A stretch of 64,000 nucleotides of DNA from positions 186,001 to 250,000 of the forward strand of contig CDMY01000718.1 of NCBI GenBank assembly GCA_001179505.1, in the 5' to 3' direction. The number at the start of each line of letters is the position of its first letter. The stretch's first letter is position 1. Source of the DNA: Vitrella brassicaformis CCMP3155 (taxonomy: Eukaryota; Protista; Chromerida). A program made the translations under genes and the position numbers. Under the pieces are notes generated by a model. It was not told the DNA's origin. It saw only the letters and a list, made by a program, of their open reading frames with translations, and made no database searches. Shown here piece after piece: positions 61,620 through 64,000 of the stretch.

Positions 61620-64000
61620 GTGGCTGAAACAACGCTGGCATGCCGGGAAATTGTGAAAAGCCGGACGAATTTTTTATCGGTCCCGTCTCCAATTCTCGCC
61701 GCGGGAAGTATTTTCTCGCCCGGGGCCGCGTCCAGTCACGGCGAAAGCACTGCGCGTGGAGCAGAGAGTTCAACTTCAAGTTCCTCCCCGTGCCAGTGGA
61801 GACTGACTCGGAGCCCCCAGGGAGCCCCCCCGCATCGCATCATGATTGTTCCTGTTTCAAAGATGCTGACCACGGAGCTCACCGCCGCTCAACCGCAACA
61901 CGACGTTGAACATGTCATGAAAGTCAGCGCTGAACCAGCAGATCTTCTCAGCGGCGAGGCGCATGTCATTGACCCAGAGAGGGCACGCGCCACTGGGACC
62001 AACGACGTGACCTGCGGCCTGCCTACGGAAACCTACTCAGAAGGGGGGGTTGTCTCTCATGATAACGGAGAAGAAGACGAGAGAGCGCAGCGCAAAGAGG
62101 AGGTGGAGCTCGAAGAAAAGGTGAATGAATTCCGAGCATGTGCGGGAGATGCAGCCTCCTTTCAGGAGTTCCAAACTGACTTGCGATATGAGGGAGGCTC
62201 ATTTGTTGGTGCGGTCTTCACTCCTGAGCCGCTTTGGACGACTGTAAGAAGAGTTAGAAAGGTAATCATTCGCACAATGTCGCAGTCCTTTCAGGTCTAT
62301 CACTTTCCAGGTACTCTTATTCCACCTAATTGCAGCCGTCGGCTTCGCAGTCTGTTGGGCCCTGGTGTGGCTGGCGTACTGGTCGGCGTGCGAGAAGATG
62401 AGCGCGAGAGCAGCAGGCATAGTCCTTGATGTAACTCGCCGCATCATCGTTGTCCTATGCTCCATGGCTATGATACTACTTGTGGCTGAGGGCAGCGCAA
62501 TTGGGGCCGTCCGCCGCTTGAGGACGACCTGGTATTTCTTTGTTCCTGGGTTTGTCCCATACGTGGCTTCTACACTTTTTCACCACGTCGAGGCACTGCG
62601 GACCAACCATGGACACCAACGCCACAAATATGCCGCGCTCGTGCATTATCCCATCACAGTGCTCGTACCCCTCATGTGAGAGAAGAATTGTGATAGTAAG
62701 CACACATTCGATGTGCCTGTCTTTGTCAGGGTCTTTCGCCAGGTGGCTCAATCGGAGATAATAGTCAGGAAGTGGGCGTATATTCTCAAGACATGGGGCG
62801 TGTTTGTAGTGGTCACGTGTTTTGCGATCGCCGTACCCCTCTATTTCGTGCCACTTGTTCGGACTGCAACAACAGATCGCGAGAAGACAGGCGTCGTCTT
62901 CACTTGGCTGCTCGTGGTGTCGCCCTTTGTTGCAACCCGTAAGAGATGCTACTCGATCGATGGATACATTCGCATGTTTCTATGCGTATTCGGTCTGTGT
63001 TTCAGTCACAGGCATCGTTCGTTCTCTGAAGGACGGCCCTGCTCTGCAAAGGTCTCCAGCAATCACGTTTGTAGCGTTCGGCTTTGCACTCTTCCCACGG
63101 TTCGTCCAGGCCGAGATGGAATTTATCGCCTATCAGGTAGGCGGGCACATCGACGCTGTGCTCGCGTCAGATCCATTCCTTGCCTTTCCTGAATACGTCT
63201 CTCCTTATCAGGTTCTGTCGAGCTTGATCTTCGCATCATTCGACTTCGTTACCGACCTAGCCATGCCGTATTTCGTTCTCATAGGTGAAGCCGCGAGAAG
63301 AAGTCTGGTGCGATTCCTATGCAGGCCGGTACGAGATCGGCACTTCGACACTGTCACTGCTGAGAATACTCAGGAAACGCGCGATAAGCAGACGCCGGTC
63401 ATGCTACTCAGCCGCCTGTCTGCGACCATGATGAGTTTCAAGTCGGCCGGTCGCTATTCTATGAGGTCTTTGAGCACGTTTCTGGACGTTCCCACTCAGG
63501 CTGTTCAATTTGGTTATCACCCGATATTCCTACGGCGTCTCAGCGATGTAAGGAAGGAAAGCGACAGACAAGAAAATCCATCCATACTGCACATTTTTTT
63601 GCCTCCACTGCTGCAGCAAATGCATGCCTACAGCTTGATCGAGCTGACAGTGCTCATCTTCAGCAACCTGTTCAACATCACTCTTCGCCAGATCCTCTTT
63701 CCATCCGTCCGTCACCTGCTAGAGAGGCTAGTAGGTCTGGGAATCATGGTGCTGATCGAAGTCTTCTTCGAGGGTGCGCTCTACATCTTCCTCGTGCGCT
63801 CTGCCAACTTGCCCCTGATTAAGAGCACAACCGAGCCGGGCGTCATCAGGATGCACTTACTGGCACTGGGTATCGGCGGCACAGTGTTCATCTTTCGCAA
63901 TGTGCCAGTCATTGTGCTGCAGCTCTTGACCGCTGCTGATGAGAAGAAGTATCAGTCAGTAAGCACATACGAGTTTTGTCCTTTTCATTCAAGTATGTTT
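61620..64000 (+). CDS. Multi-pass membrane protein, runs off window end
   Basis: Long first exon, then several hydrophobic helices across exons (IIVVLCSMAMILLV, GVFVVVTCFAIAVPLYFVP, LSSLIFASFDFV, YSLIELTVLIFSNLF, VGLGIMVLIEVFFEG, LLALGIGGTVFIF). No family recognised. Confidence 0.65.

Overview
This is intron-rich, GC-rich eukaryotic nuclear DNA. Short GT-AG introns carry (CA)n, (CAGA)n and (GGAT)n microsatellites, and ApiAP2-like, TLDc and BTB families are present. A chromerid alveolate such as Vitrella is inferred but not verified. There are two 300-N scaffold gaps, and no rRNA, tRNA or CRISPR array was seen. Gene models were spliced by eye, so boundaries are approximate. In order the window holds: SURF2-like; RCC1-repeat/coiled-coil protein; histidine acid phosphatase; a large minus-strand gene (AP2-like + CENP-B-type HTH + 2x TLDc); a hypothetical gene; POP5; a frameshifted BTB-TLDc gene; a TLDc gene; GH3 beta-glucosidase; a 2x AP2-like + SAM-like gene; a CENP-B HTH paralog. 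These are followed by the most interesting part (about 42-56.7 kb): two copies of an ADP-ribosylation writer/eraser module (PARG + H-Y-E ADP-ribosyltransferase) whose members share an unusual Cys/His zinc finger. The copies flank a KIF-binding protein gene and a hypothetical gene. Copy 1 can be spliced in frame into a PARG-ART fusion. Copy 2 is head-to-head across about 310 bp, and its PARG is fused to an AMPK-beta-type glycogen-binding (CBM48) domain. Three of the four enzyme units carry one inactivating lesion each. A degenerate DEAH helicase and a multi-pass membrane protein close the window.
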